Assembly (NCBI RefSeq): GCF_000011125.1
Contig: NC_000854.2
Location: 60,001 to 92,000 of the forward strand
Origin: Aeropyrum pernix K1
GTDB taxonomy: Archaea > Thermoproteota > Thermoprotei_A > Sulfolobales > Acidilobaceae
Length of the DNA: 32,000 bases
Direction of reading: 5' to 3'
How positions within the stretch are numbered: position 1 is the stretch's first letter; every line of letters begins with the position of its first letter. The translations under genes and the position numbers were made by a program. Below the pieces are notes generated by a model. It had not been told where the DNA came from and made no database searches. It saw only the letters and a program-made list of their open reading frames with translations. This document shows positions 17,282-25,003 of this stretch, in pieces.

Positions 17282-17359
17282 AGGCTAGTGATGATCCATG
17301 CAGGCCCTGAGGTCCTGCCCGCGCCGATGAAGAGCCTATGGGACTACCCTCTGAAGCCT
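17282..17359 (+). ncRNA. Candidate C/D box sRNA (2'-O-methylation guide)
   Basis: C box GTGATGA is at 17288-17294 and D' box CTGA at 17307-17310, exactly 12 nt after C. C'-like box cCGATGA is at 17324-17330 and D box CTGA at 17351-17354. A terminal stem AGGCT (17282-17286) / AGCCT (17355-17359) closes the C/D pair. It sits in the 102-nt convergent spacer after the GTPase stop. Weaknesses are a 13-nt D'-C' spacer and a 20-nt D spacer, both longer than canonical. Confidence 0.45.
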
Positions 17360-17363
17360 AGGG

Positions 17364-17780
17364 CTATCCGCTCCCTACGCACCTCCTGTAGAGGGCGGCG
17401 GCAGCGAGCAAGGCTGCGGCAGCTAGTGCTAGGAGAAGGGGGATATGGGGCAAGGCGAGTTCACCGAGGGTACCCTCACTTGTCACGACAGATCGGGACA
17501 CCCTTCCCGCGGCGAACGCACCCACTACGGCTATAGCTATCGGGCTTACCGGCTTCCTGTAAGCCAGGGCTGGGGCTCCAAGTGCTATAGCATACAATAG
17601 GTTCTCTGCCAGGATGAACGTGGGAAGCCTTGGACCTGTAAGGAGGCTCTTCAGATCGAACGCACAGAACCCTAGGGCTAGAAGTAGGGCCAGAACCCTC
17701 GCTAGCCTGTCCAGCCCTATGGAGCCAGGCTGCACGGAGGACTCACCTGCTTCCCCGGGAGAGGCCAGCCGGGCTCTCAT
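17364..17780 (-). CDS. Small polytopic membrane protein (hypothetical), translationally coupled to herA
   Basis: ATG 17778-17780 overlaps the herA stop TGA 17777-17779 (ATGA). The 138-aa product has 3-4 Ala/Leu/Gly-rich hydrophobic segments ('VLALLLALGFCAF', 'LLYAIALGAPALA', 'IAIAVVGAFAAG', 'LLLALAAAALLAAAALY'). An in-frame upstream start at 17822 would overlap herA by 46 nt. Caveat: GC-rich DNA readily produces Ala/Leu-rich ORFs. Confidence 0.5.
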   Translation of the reverse strand: MRARLASPGEAGESSVQPGSIGLDRLARVLALLLALGFCAFDLKSLLTGPRLPTFILAENLLYAIALGAPALAYRKPVSPIAIAVVGAFAAGRVSRSVVTSEGTLGELALPHIPLLLALAAAALLAAAALYRRCVGSG

Positions 17781-19417
17781 AAGGCCAGCTCCTCTAGGCT
17801 GTCCTCCTCTCTTGAGAGCCATCTCCTCGTTTCTTCAACTATGTTTATATCTCTCCCACCTGTGGGTGCTTCGCACTTATCTATCTTAACCACCGCCGGC
17901 ATTCTAGCCATGCTACCCATTATAAGCGCTTCACCAGTGTTTAGGCTTGGGAGAAGGCTTGCTAGGTCCTCGCTAAGCTCTTCGCTGGCAGCCCTAACGT
18001 AGCTTATGTCCTGCGGCTCAACCATCTTTAATATTATCTTATTGTTAGTCTGGCTCAAGACATCAACGTCAAGCTTCTTAGGCCTCTGACTTACTATTAC
18101 AAGACCCACGCCAAACTTTCTCCCCTCCCTAGCTATCCTCGCAGCCCATCTCTTGGTAAGGGTAGGCTCGTCCCTAGGTATTAGCACATGAGCCTCCTCT
18201 ATGATGGTAATCACAGGCACAGGATACACCTCCAAGCCGGAGAGACCCTCGCCCCTGCTGTTAACCCTAGCCTGGAGAAGCCTGCGGAGGTAGTGGCTAG
18301 CCACCGCGTCCGCAACGTTATCCTCCATCATACTGAGATCCATGATGGTCGCCTTACCCGGCTCTATAATCCGAGTCAGATCGATGGGTATGTTCGGGTC
18401 CAGAGCACTACCGTAGAGGTCCTGAAGGTCGTTCAGCTTATCTAGAACACCCAGTATCTGGTCCTGCCTCACGGCGGGTGCGTTGGAGGGTTCATCGCCT
18501 AGAACCTCGCTGAAGGCGCGGGCGAGAGAGCCGGGGTCTTGCTTAGACGACTTGCTTGAGCGGGAGGCTTTCTCGAGGACCTCAACTGCCTTGGGTATGA
18601 GGTCCGCCGCCCCTATCTTCCCCTGGCGATACCGCCTAGCCAGCTCCCCCCAAAGCCACCTCAGAACCCTCTTCTGAGCCGTTGCCTGCGGCTCGAAGCC
18701 CGCCATGTAGAGGAGCTCCCAGTAAGAGAGGCTTGCCGGGTTCACCCTGGCAGGTCTCAGGAGCCTTGCTTCACCGGCTCCTAGGCCTAGAGTACCGTAT
18801 TCTCCATGACGGTCGAAGATGACTGTTGTCACCCCTAACTGCCCGACAAGCCTCCTGGTTATCACGCAGACGGTGTTGCTCTTGCCCCCGCCAGTCACGG
18901 CAAGAATGGCGAGATGCCTGGTAAGCTTGTTAACATCAATCCTATACTCGACACCGCTTCCAAGAAGAGAGCCTATCCTTACCCAGCTGTCTCCCTCCGG
19001 CGAGAAAACCCTTCCCAGGACCTCGCTCCTCGCAAGCCTCACAGTCGACCCCGGCTGTGGAGGTATCTTTGGTGCACTCTGCTCCCCACGCTCCAACAGG
19101 GTTTCGAGGTATGAGACCCACCTAACCCGGGCTACATGGTAGCGTGTAGACTCTACTACACTAGCAACATCAGACTCCAACATCCTCTTAACGGAATCCA
19201 GATCCCTAACCTCGTCGCCGAGGAGTGGTAGGCCCGAGCGTATGGACTCCACTATACCGAGGACGCATCTCCCGTTTAGCGTCGAAACCACGTGAGAGCC
19301 GACTATCACCTTGCCAAGGCTGTCCCTCTCCAGGAGGATGGTGCTGTAGCTGTAGCTACTCTCTCCAATAATGACTCCAATCTCATCCCCACCACATATG
19401 CTAGATTCTGAGGACAC
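17777..19417 (-). CDS. herA: HerA bipolar DNA helicase / hexameric ATPase (FtsK-HerA superfamily)
   Basis: Walker A is 'LAILAVTGGGKSNTV' and Walker B 'VITIIEEAHVLIP'. It also has 'GVGLVIVSQRPKKLD' and an N-terminal HAS-barrel-like region. The GTG start at 19415-19417 overlaps the nurA end by 17 nt. It lies in a cluster with nurA, rad50 and mre11. Confidence 0.92.
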   Translation of the reverse strand: MSSESSICGGDEIGVIIGESSYSYSTILLERDSLGKVIVGSHVVSTLNGRCVLGIVESIRSGLPLLGDEVRDLDSVKRMLESDVASVVESTRYHVARVRWVSYLETLLERGEQSAPKIPPQPGSTVRLARSEVLGRVFSPEGDSWVRIGSLLGSGVEYRIDVNKLTRHLAILAVTGGGKSNTVCVITRRLVGQLGVTTVIFDRHGEYGTLGLGAGEARLLRPARVNPASLSYWELLYMAGFEPQATAQKRVLRWLWGELARRYRQGKIGAADLIPKAVEVLEKASRSSKSSKQDPGSLARAFSEVLGDEPSNAPAVRQDQILGVLDKLNDLQDLYGSALDPNIPIDLTRIIEPGKATIMDLSMMEDNVADAVASHYLRRLLQARVNSRGEGLSGLEVYPVPVITIIEEAHVLIPRDEPTLTKRWAARIAREGRKFGVGLVIVSQRPKKLDVDVLSQTNNKIILKMVEPQDISYVRAASEELSEDLASLLPSLNTGEALIMGSMARMPAVVKIDKCEAPTGGRDINIVEETRRWLSREEDSLEELAL

Positions 19418-20645
19418 CCCTACTCACCTCCTTCAAACTCAAACCCAGTAGGAGGGAGGCCCTCTCCAGGTCATCCCCCGACACCCTAGCCTTCTCGTGC
19501 GCTATTAGGAGGGGGACTGGATAGCCTGAAGGGGAGAAGTTTGCGAGCCTCGAGAGGATCGACTCCAGCAGGCCCAGGTGGTCCCCCAGCTTCTTGTCAC
19601 CGCCGGGTAGAAGTATGGAGACTCTTAGTATAGGGCCTCCGGGTGCTAGGCGGGCGTAGGTGGATACCTCGGCTAGATTCTCATAGAACTTCCTTAACCC
19701 GGCGACGTCGGGGATGAACCTCCCATCACCTTCCCCCACTTCGATGCCCAACATGTTGTTTAGACCAACCTTTACCATGAGGTCCTCGCGAGCAACCGCG
19801 TAGGATGGGCTCTGCGGCGCCCTAGCCTCTATGTATGCCGCGTCCGCTATCGGCCCTCTACAAATCTCGGTGCTCCGAGATGTTTTCGCCACGAAGACGG
19901 GAGTGTAGCCTCTGGCCCACGCCTCCTCGAGCATAGTTTTATACATGTAGAGTTTCTCGGCAACCTCAACAGCAACAATCCACCTAAGCTGCTCGATATT
20001 ATCCGTCAGTGTAGCAAGGATCATGGCTGCCCTGTTGGAAGCCGGCCTCCTGGTGGCCTTCTCGAGCAGCGTCTCCACGCAGCCACCCTCTACGCAGTCG
20101 GGAATTAGTGTTTGGCCCCGAATGCTGGGGAGCATCTTCTCGGCTTCCGAGATAGCGGCGCTCATCTTAAGTCCCCACCTGGAGAGGCCAGGCCTCCACC
20201 ATTTCAAAGCGGTTGAGGGGCTGCCGTCTAGCAGCAGTAGGCCTCTCCCGCCCCCGGGAACCGCCTCCTTTGCAACCACAGCCTCAAGTATCTCCCTATA
20301 GATGGATATCCTAGCCTCGGCATCGCTGGGGGGGACTACGACGCCTAGGCTATGTAGCAATGCCTCCCTACCGCCGCCCCCCGCCCATGCACGGGCGAGA
20401 TATATTGTGAACTCCCTGTAGTCTCTACTCCTATTCCCCCCGTCAACAGCCACAATATTGTCCATGCCCTCCCAGATTTCAATTGGTCTAAAACCCAGGA
20501 GGCCTGGGCACATAATAGACTTCTCCCTTCTCTCCCTAAGAAGTCCCTCAACTAGAGGCCTAACCTCTCTAGCCTCGTCCGCTATGGTGCGGTGGACAGT
20601 CTTCAAAACATAATCACCCCCCAACCTCCAGTCTAGTAGGTGCAT
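19401..20645 (-). CDS. nurA: NurA 5'-3' exo/endonuclease
   Basis: It has the NurA-domain signature 'NIVAVDGGNRSRDY' with a catalytic-Asp context and a size of ~414 aa. It sits between rad50 and herA. ATG 20643-20645 overlaps the rad50 end by 13 nt. Confidence 0.85.
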   Translation of the reverse strand: MHLLDWRLGGDYVLKTVHRTIADEAREVRPLVEGLLRERREKSIMCPGLLGFRPIEIWEGMDNIVAVDGGNRSRDYREFTIYLARAWAGGGGREALLHSLGVVVPPSDAEARISIYREILEAVVAKEAVPGGGRGLLLLDGSPSTALKWWRPGLSRWGLKMSAAISEAEKMLPSIRGQTLIPDCVEGGCVETLLEKATRRPASNRAAMILATLTDNIEQLRWIVAVEVAEKLYMYKTMLEEAWARGYTPVFVAKTSRSTEICRGPIADAAYIEARAPQSPSYAVAREDLMVKVGLNNMLGIEVGEGDGRFIPDVAGLRKFYENLAEVSTYARLAPGGPILRVSILLPGGDKKLGDHLGLLESILSRLANFSPSGYPVPLLIAHEKARVSGDDLERASLLLGLSLKEVSRGVLRI

Positions 20646-23392
20646 TCAACCCTGCTTCCCTGCTGGGTTCGGGTTACAAGGCAGATGGTGTCTGCATAAT
20701 CCCTAACGTCTTCGTGGTGAGTCACCACCACGAGCTGCCTTACCAGGCCCTCGACGCTGATGCCTCTGAGGACCTCTACCAGGCTCCTCCTCCTATCCTC
20801 GTCTAGATTAGCGGTGGGCTCGTCGAGAGCTAAGAAACCCAGCTTACCGCCGACAGCCTTATTCAGTGCTAGTACGAATGAGAGAGCCAGGACCGTCCTT
20901 TCCCCACCGCTGACGGCCTCAAGCGGCCTGTAGGCGCCGTTGCCGCCGATAGCCTTAACCTCTATCTCCCTAGCCGCCTTCTCCCTAATCTCCACGCCAG
21001 CCACGTCTAGGTTGAACCTGGAGAGTATATCGTTCATCTCGTCCTCCAGCACTGCTAAGAGCCTCCTATAGGCAATCTCCCCTATCTCCTCCATAATCCT
21101 CCTGGAAGCAGCGGCGGGTAGGTAGAGCTTTAGTGCTTCCTCGCCACTGGCCTTCCTAGACTTCATCTCTCTAATTCTCGTCTGTAGCTCTCCCATCTCC
21201 CTGTCAATCCTGCTGATCCTGTCGTCCAACTCCGCGAGAGTGTTCTGAACCTCCTTCAGCCTAGCCTCAATCTCACTCTTCCTAGAAACCTCCTTCCTCA
21301 GCTTCTTCTCCTCAGCCTCCAGCTCCTCAAGCCTCTTCATAACCTGCTCAGCCTCCCATTTTAGCTTCGCAGCCTCCTCTTTCAGCCGGCGAGCCTCCTC
21401 AAGCCTCCTCTCTATGGCTGATAGCTCCTTGTCAACACCTTCTAGAGCCTCTCTTGCTTTTTCGAGCAGGTCGTCCAGGCTCCTGTACGCTGTGATTCCA
21501 AGCCTCGTGGCCAGGTCCTCCGCTTTCGAGACGAGCATCCTCTCGAGCTTTTTCGACTCGCTGCTCAAGGTCTTAAGCTTCTCCCTAGCCTCCTCCTCCT
21601 TTATGCCTAGACGCTGTAAAACCTCTAGGGCTCTTGTCTTAGCCTCTCGCAGTGCAACTTCCTCGCGGGATAGATTCCTAACCTTCTCCTCGAGACTGTT
21701 CTCAAGCTTTCTAAGCTCCTCCAGCCTCTCTCTAAGCATTCTTAGCTTCTGCTCGGCCTTCGCGAGGTCCTCGGGAGTTTGGAACCCTAGCTCGCGCAGG
21801 CCTTCCTCAAGCTGGTTCAGCCTGGATAATAGTAGCTCTATCCTCCTCCGCTTGTCCTGTAGGCGGGAGGCCTCAGCCCTGGCCTTCTCAGCCTCAGCAG
21901 CCTTCTCCTTGGCAGCCTTCCTTAATCTTTCCGCCTCGTGCCTATAGTGTCTGGCTATAGCCTCTGCCCTCCCGGGGGGAAGCTCGGCTCCGCATACCGG
22001 GCATCTCGCGCTCCCTCCACTCTCCTCTAGCATTGATAAGGCCTGGACTAACCTCCTGGCTTCTGCTTCCAGGGCTGATGCTTCCTGGTCTAGAGCCCGG
22101 GCTTTTGATTCTAGATCGTTTATCACGGCGTCTAGCCTTTCCAATACAGACTCCGGTTTTTCGCTGCCGCATAGGTCTTTAGAGCGGCATTCGGATAGTA
22201 CTCGCCTAATGTTTGTGACTATGCTCCTTCCCCTGGTGACACGATAGTCGAGGAGAGTGTATCGCCTCTGCTCCTCTTTAATGCTGGATCTAGCCTCGAG
22301 AAGCCTGTTCTCAGCCTCCCTCCTCGCAGACTCAATCTCCTTGAGCCTGCGCGATACTTCCAGCTTTTCTACAGCATCTCTAATCATTTCCAAGTCTCTC
22401 CCCAGCTTGTCCAATCGGCTCTGAAGTCTTGCAAGCTCGGCGACCTCGTGAGCCAGCGAAGCTTTCGCCCTGAGTTCCGCCCTCCGCTTCTCGAGGTCAT
22501 CGATGGATGAGATCTTTGATTCCGCATATCTTAGGCGTGTGTTGATGGTATCCAGCTTCGACCTCTCGCTCCTAATCATGCTGGTAACGTTGACAAGCAT
22601 CTCCTCCATAGTCTCTAGTTTCCCTATCTCGCTCTGTAAGGCCTTGGCTTCTGACTCGAGATCCCTGGCACGCCTCTCAAGCTCCTCCCTCTCCCTCTCA
22701 AGCTCTTCCAGCCTCTTGGAAGCCTCCCTTATCTCCCTATCAACTCCCAGGACCTCGTTCCTCAGCGTCATGTACCCTGACTGAAGCCTGGTTATAGACT
22801 TGGAGCCGAGCTTGACAGGACTCCCGTCCGGGGAAACGCCTAGAACCACATCACCGATGTTTGATATGGCCTGCTTGAGCAGGGCATAGCCTAGGGCGGC
22901 GTCAAGGAGGTCTCTCAGCTCCTTAGGTTCTGACAGGATTTCTGCGAGGGTTTGGAGTCCTCCTTGGGAGATTATTATCGCCTTCTCTATGTACGATGCG
23001 GGGTTGGGCAGCCCCCTGAGCCCGAGTATCTTATGGATCTCCTCTTTGTACCCCGTGGGCTTGCTGGCGATCCTCCGCCCCTCCAGGGTGATGATGGCCG
23101 CTTCCGTATTCGTACCCCCCCCTCTCCTGATCAGCTTGTTCCTCAACTCGAGTAGCCGGCCCTCGCTGGACTGGAGGGCAAGGTATATTTCTCCTCGACT
23201 AGAGTTTTCGCTTATCATGCTCGACCTCCTAGGCGCTTGATGGGGGGTTATGCTGAACAGTATCGCCTCGAGTATAGTGCTCTTCCCCGCGCCGTTGCGG
23301 CCTACGATAGCTGTGAAGCCTTCGCGGAAATCTATACTGGTGTTGAAGTGGCTCATTATGTTTCTCAGCTCGAGCCTCTTCAGGACATACAC
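20633..23392 (-). CDS. rad50: Rad50 SMC-like ATPase
   Basis: Walker A is 'GRNGAGKSTILEAI'. A very long E/K/R/L-rich coiled coil is present, with the zinc-hook 'CPVCG' (CPVC codons at 21992-22003) at its apex. The ABC signature is 'SGGERTVLALSF' and Walker B 'FLALDEPTANLD'. The GTG start at 23390-23392 lies 6 nt after the mre11 stop. Confidence 0.97.
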   Translation of the reverse strand: MYVLKRLELRNIMSHFNTSIDFREGFTAIVGRNGAGKSTILEAILFSITPHQAPRRSSMISENSSRGEIYLALQSSEGRLLELRNKLIRRGGGTNTEAAIITLEGRRIASKPTGYKEEIHKILGLRGLPNPASYIEKAIIISQGGLQTLAEILSEPKELRDLLDAALGYALLKQAISNIGDVVLGVSPDGSPVKLGSKSITRLQSGYMTLRNEVLGVDREIREASKRLEELEREREELERRARDLESEAKALQSEIGKLETMEEMLVNVTSMIRSERSKLDTINTRLRYAESKISSIDDLEKRRAELRAKASLAHEVAELARLQSRLDKLGRDLEMIRDAVEKLEVSRRLKEIESARREAENRLLEARSSIKEEQRRYTLLDYRVTRGRSIVTNIRRVLSECRSKDLCGSEKPESVLERLDAVINDLESKARALDQEASALEAEARRLVQALSMLEESGGSARCPVCGAELPPGRAEAIARHYRHEAERLRKAAKEKAAEAEKARAEASRLQDKRRRIELLLSRLNQLEEGLRELGFQTPEDLAKAEQKLRMLRERLEELRKLENSLEEKVRNLSREEVALREAKTRALEVLQRLGIKEEEAREKLKTLSSESKKLERMLVSKAEDLATRLGITAYRSLDDLLEKAREALEGVDKELSAIERRLEEARRLKEEAAKLKWEAEQVMKRLEELEAEEKKLRKEVSRKSEIEARLKEVQNTLAELDDRISRIDREMGELQTRIREMKSRKASGEEALKLYLPAAASRRIMEEIGEIAYRRLLAVLEDEMNDILSRFNLDVAGVEIREKAAREIEVKAIGGNGAYRPLEAVSGGERTVLALSFVLALNKAVGGKLGFLALDEPTANLDEDRRRSLVEVLRGISVEGLVRQLVVVTHHEDVRDYADTICLVTRTQQGSRVECTY

Positions 23393-23398
23393 AGAGCC

Positions 23399-24637
23399 TC
23401 ACCTCATGTAGAGTATCCTCTTCCACGTGTCTTGGCTGACGGTGGTGGCGAGTGTTTCCAGGATCTCCCTCACCCTCAACTCGTCCTTCTCGGCGGCCGC
23501 CTCAGCCAAATCATGCAATATAGTGCTGGCTGCGTTGAGAGGTATCTTGTAATACTCCGCAGCAATCTTTGCAAGGTCCAGGGGACCCTCACCTTGGAGG
23601 CCAGGAGAGGTGCCAGCGTGCTCGCCCCCGGCGACAATCTTCCAGTGAATCTTCAGCAAAACATCAGCCCCTCCAGCAGCCTTTCTTGCCTCTGCTATAA
23701 CCCTTGCTTTGCTAATGGGCTTATCGGATTTTATTATCACGTGAATTAGAGGTTTGAGCCAGTCTTCCCTACTGGCTCTAACATTGGCCAAGACTCTCCT
23801 TAAACCTCTGTTCACAGCGTTATAGATGCTCCCCCCATCCCCAATGTCAACCTCGATCCTGTACTGGGGCCTCCGGGGAACCTTAACCTTCTCAATGATA
23901 GGAGCGTCCCCGCTAAGGTCAACGTAAAGGGGGCTCCCGGGCGTGTTTATCTCCTCAACCTTCAACGGGTCCAAGACACCTGGGTAGGCATAGGGAGTGG
24001 GTGCATCAAGCCTTATCCGCGGTGCATGTAGATGACCTAGGGCAGCATACTTAGCTCCCGAGGGCAGGTCGCTGGGTGAGGCCACCGCGTCAAACTGCAT
24101 TTCAGCGTCAAGGGACATGTGAGCCAGTAGGACGAGCGTCCCGCTAGAGGTCCTCGAGATCTGGTCGAACTCCCTCAGAAACCTGAGCGTGAGCCTCCGT
24201 CTCTCCTCGAGAGGGACCTTGAAGAAGGGGACCACAGCAACTTTCAAACTACCCAGGTCAACTACAAAATCCCCCGGACGCATTCCAGACCTATAGAGAG
24301 GCGCCTTAAAACCGTCGAGACTCGCCTCCATTAGGGATAGCAGGGTCTCATCCCTAACAGAAGGGGTATCATGCTCCCCGTGAGCGGCCAGAACAGGTAT
24401 GCCAGCGTCGGTCAACGCCCTCACGAGCTCCACGGCCTGCTTAACGTCTCTCAATGGAAGCTTGGGCTTATCGAAAAGATCGCCAGCTATGAGAACAGCA
24501 TCAGGCCTATCTTTTAAAGCAGTTTCAACAACAAACTCGAAAGATCTGAAGATGTCGTCTCGACGCTCCTCAAGCCCATACGGCCTAGCCCCGAGATGAA
24601 CATCAGCAACATGGAGGACCTTCGGCATCCAGTCCAA
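23399..24637 (-). CDS. mre11: Mre11 nuclease (calcineurin-like phosphoesterase)
   Basis: The phosphoesterase motifs are 'VLHVADVHLG', 'IAGDLFD', 'LAAHGEHD' and 'ALGHLHAP'. It is the first gene of the mre11-rad50-nurA-herA string. The start is TTG 24635-24637 (TATA-like 'cttttaggtaat' ~30 nt upstream) or ATG 24626-24628. Confidence 0.92.
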   Translation of the reverse strand: MDWMPKVLHVADVHLGARPYGLEERRDDIFRSFEFVVETALKDRPDAVLIAGDLFDKPKLPLRDVKQAVELVRALTDAGIPVLAAHGEHDTPSVRDETLLSLMEASLDGFKAPLYRSGMRPGDFVVDLGSLKVAVVPFFKVPLEERRRLTLRFLREFDQISRTSSGTLVLLAHMSLDAEMQFDAVASPSDLPSGAKYAALGHLHAPRIRLDAPTPYAYPGVLDPLKVEEINTPGSPLYVDLSGDAPIIEKVKVPRRPQYRIEVDIGDGGSIYNAVNRGLRRVLANVRASREDWLKPLIHVIIKSDKPISKARVIAEARKAAGGADVLLKIHWKIVAGGEHAGTSPGLQGEGPLDLAKIAAEYYKIPLNAASTILHDLAEAAAEKDELRVREILETLATTVSQDTWKRILYMR

Positions 24638-24781
24638 ACCCCCAGGTGGATAGAGGATGTATTACCTAAAAGAGGTAAACTCCCTGCTCAGACTCTAGGA
24701 GGGGGTTTTACGCTGGATGCCTGGAGTCTAATAGCGGAGATGGTATCAGGCGGTGTAGAATGCTAGAGAGATTAGAGAGGC

Positions 24782-24934
24782 CTACTTCTTCTTCTTGGGC
24801 CTAAGATTCTTGCTCCTGCAGCGTCTACACTTGGTAGCCGACATTGGATTTAGAGCTCCGCACCTCCTGCACACCTTCTTATTCAAAACTCTCTTCTCGA
24901 ATATCGCCACGAGCTCTGGGTCTGTTATAGGCAT
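24782..24934 (-). CDS. rpl40e: 50S ribosomal protein L40e
   Basis: Hand translation of the minus strand gives [50 protein letters not shown] (50 aa; ATG 24932-24934, TAG 24782-24784). This matches the archaeal L40e pattern 'MP.TDP...KKVCR.CGALNP..ATKCRRC.S.NLR.KKK' with its CxxC...CxxC zinc ribbon. It is absent from the supplied ORF track because of its length. Confidence 0.9.
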   Translation of the reverse strand: MPITDPELVAIFEKRVLNKKVCRRCGALNPMSATKCRRCRSKNLRPKKKK

Positions 24935-25003
24935 GCCCTCGCTGCACCCCCAGGGCTACCCTACATGGAGCGAGAGCTTATTAATATGGCCTGGATTGCT
25001 GGG

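Noticed and set aside
17288-17536. An 82-aa plus-strand ORF after the GTPase gene.
   Set aside because: Its Arg/Pro/Gly-rich translation has no motifs. It overlaps the better-supported minus-strand membrane ORF, and its 5' part coincides with the C/D box sRNA candidate.
21414-21947. A 177-aa plus-strand ORF, plus similar ones at 22503-22784, 22989-23240 and 23237-23749, antisense to rad50/mre11. Their translations are very Ser/Leu/Ala-rich.
   Set aside because: They mirror the GAG/AAG/CTC/CTT-rich coiled-coil codons of rad50 read on the opposite strand. They are low-complexity, have no motifs, and lie fully inside a high-confidence gene.
23115-23122. A C8 homopolymer (G8 on the coding strand) inside rad50, and a G7 run at 25184-25190 inside fen-1. 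These could be slippage or phase-variation tracts.
   Set aside because: Both encode in-frame Gly-Gly-Gly / Pro-Pro in intact essential genes. There is no evidence of frameshift, and nothing suggests contingency-locus behaviour.
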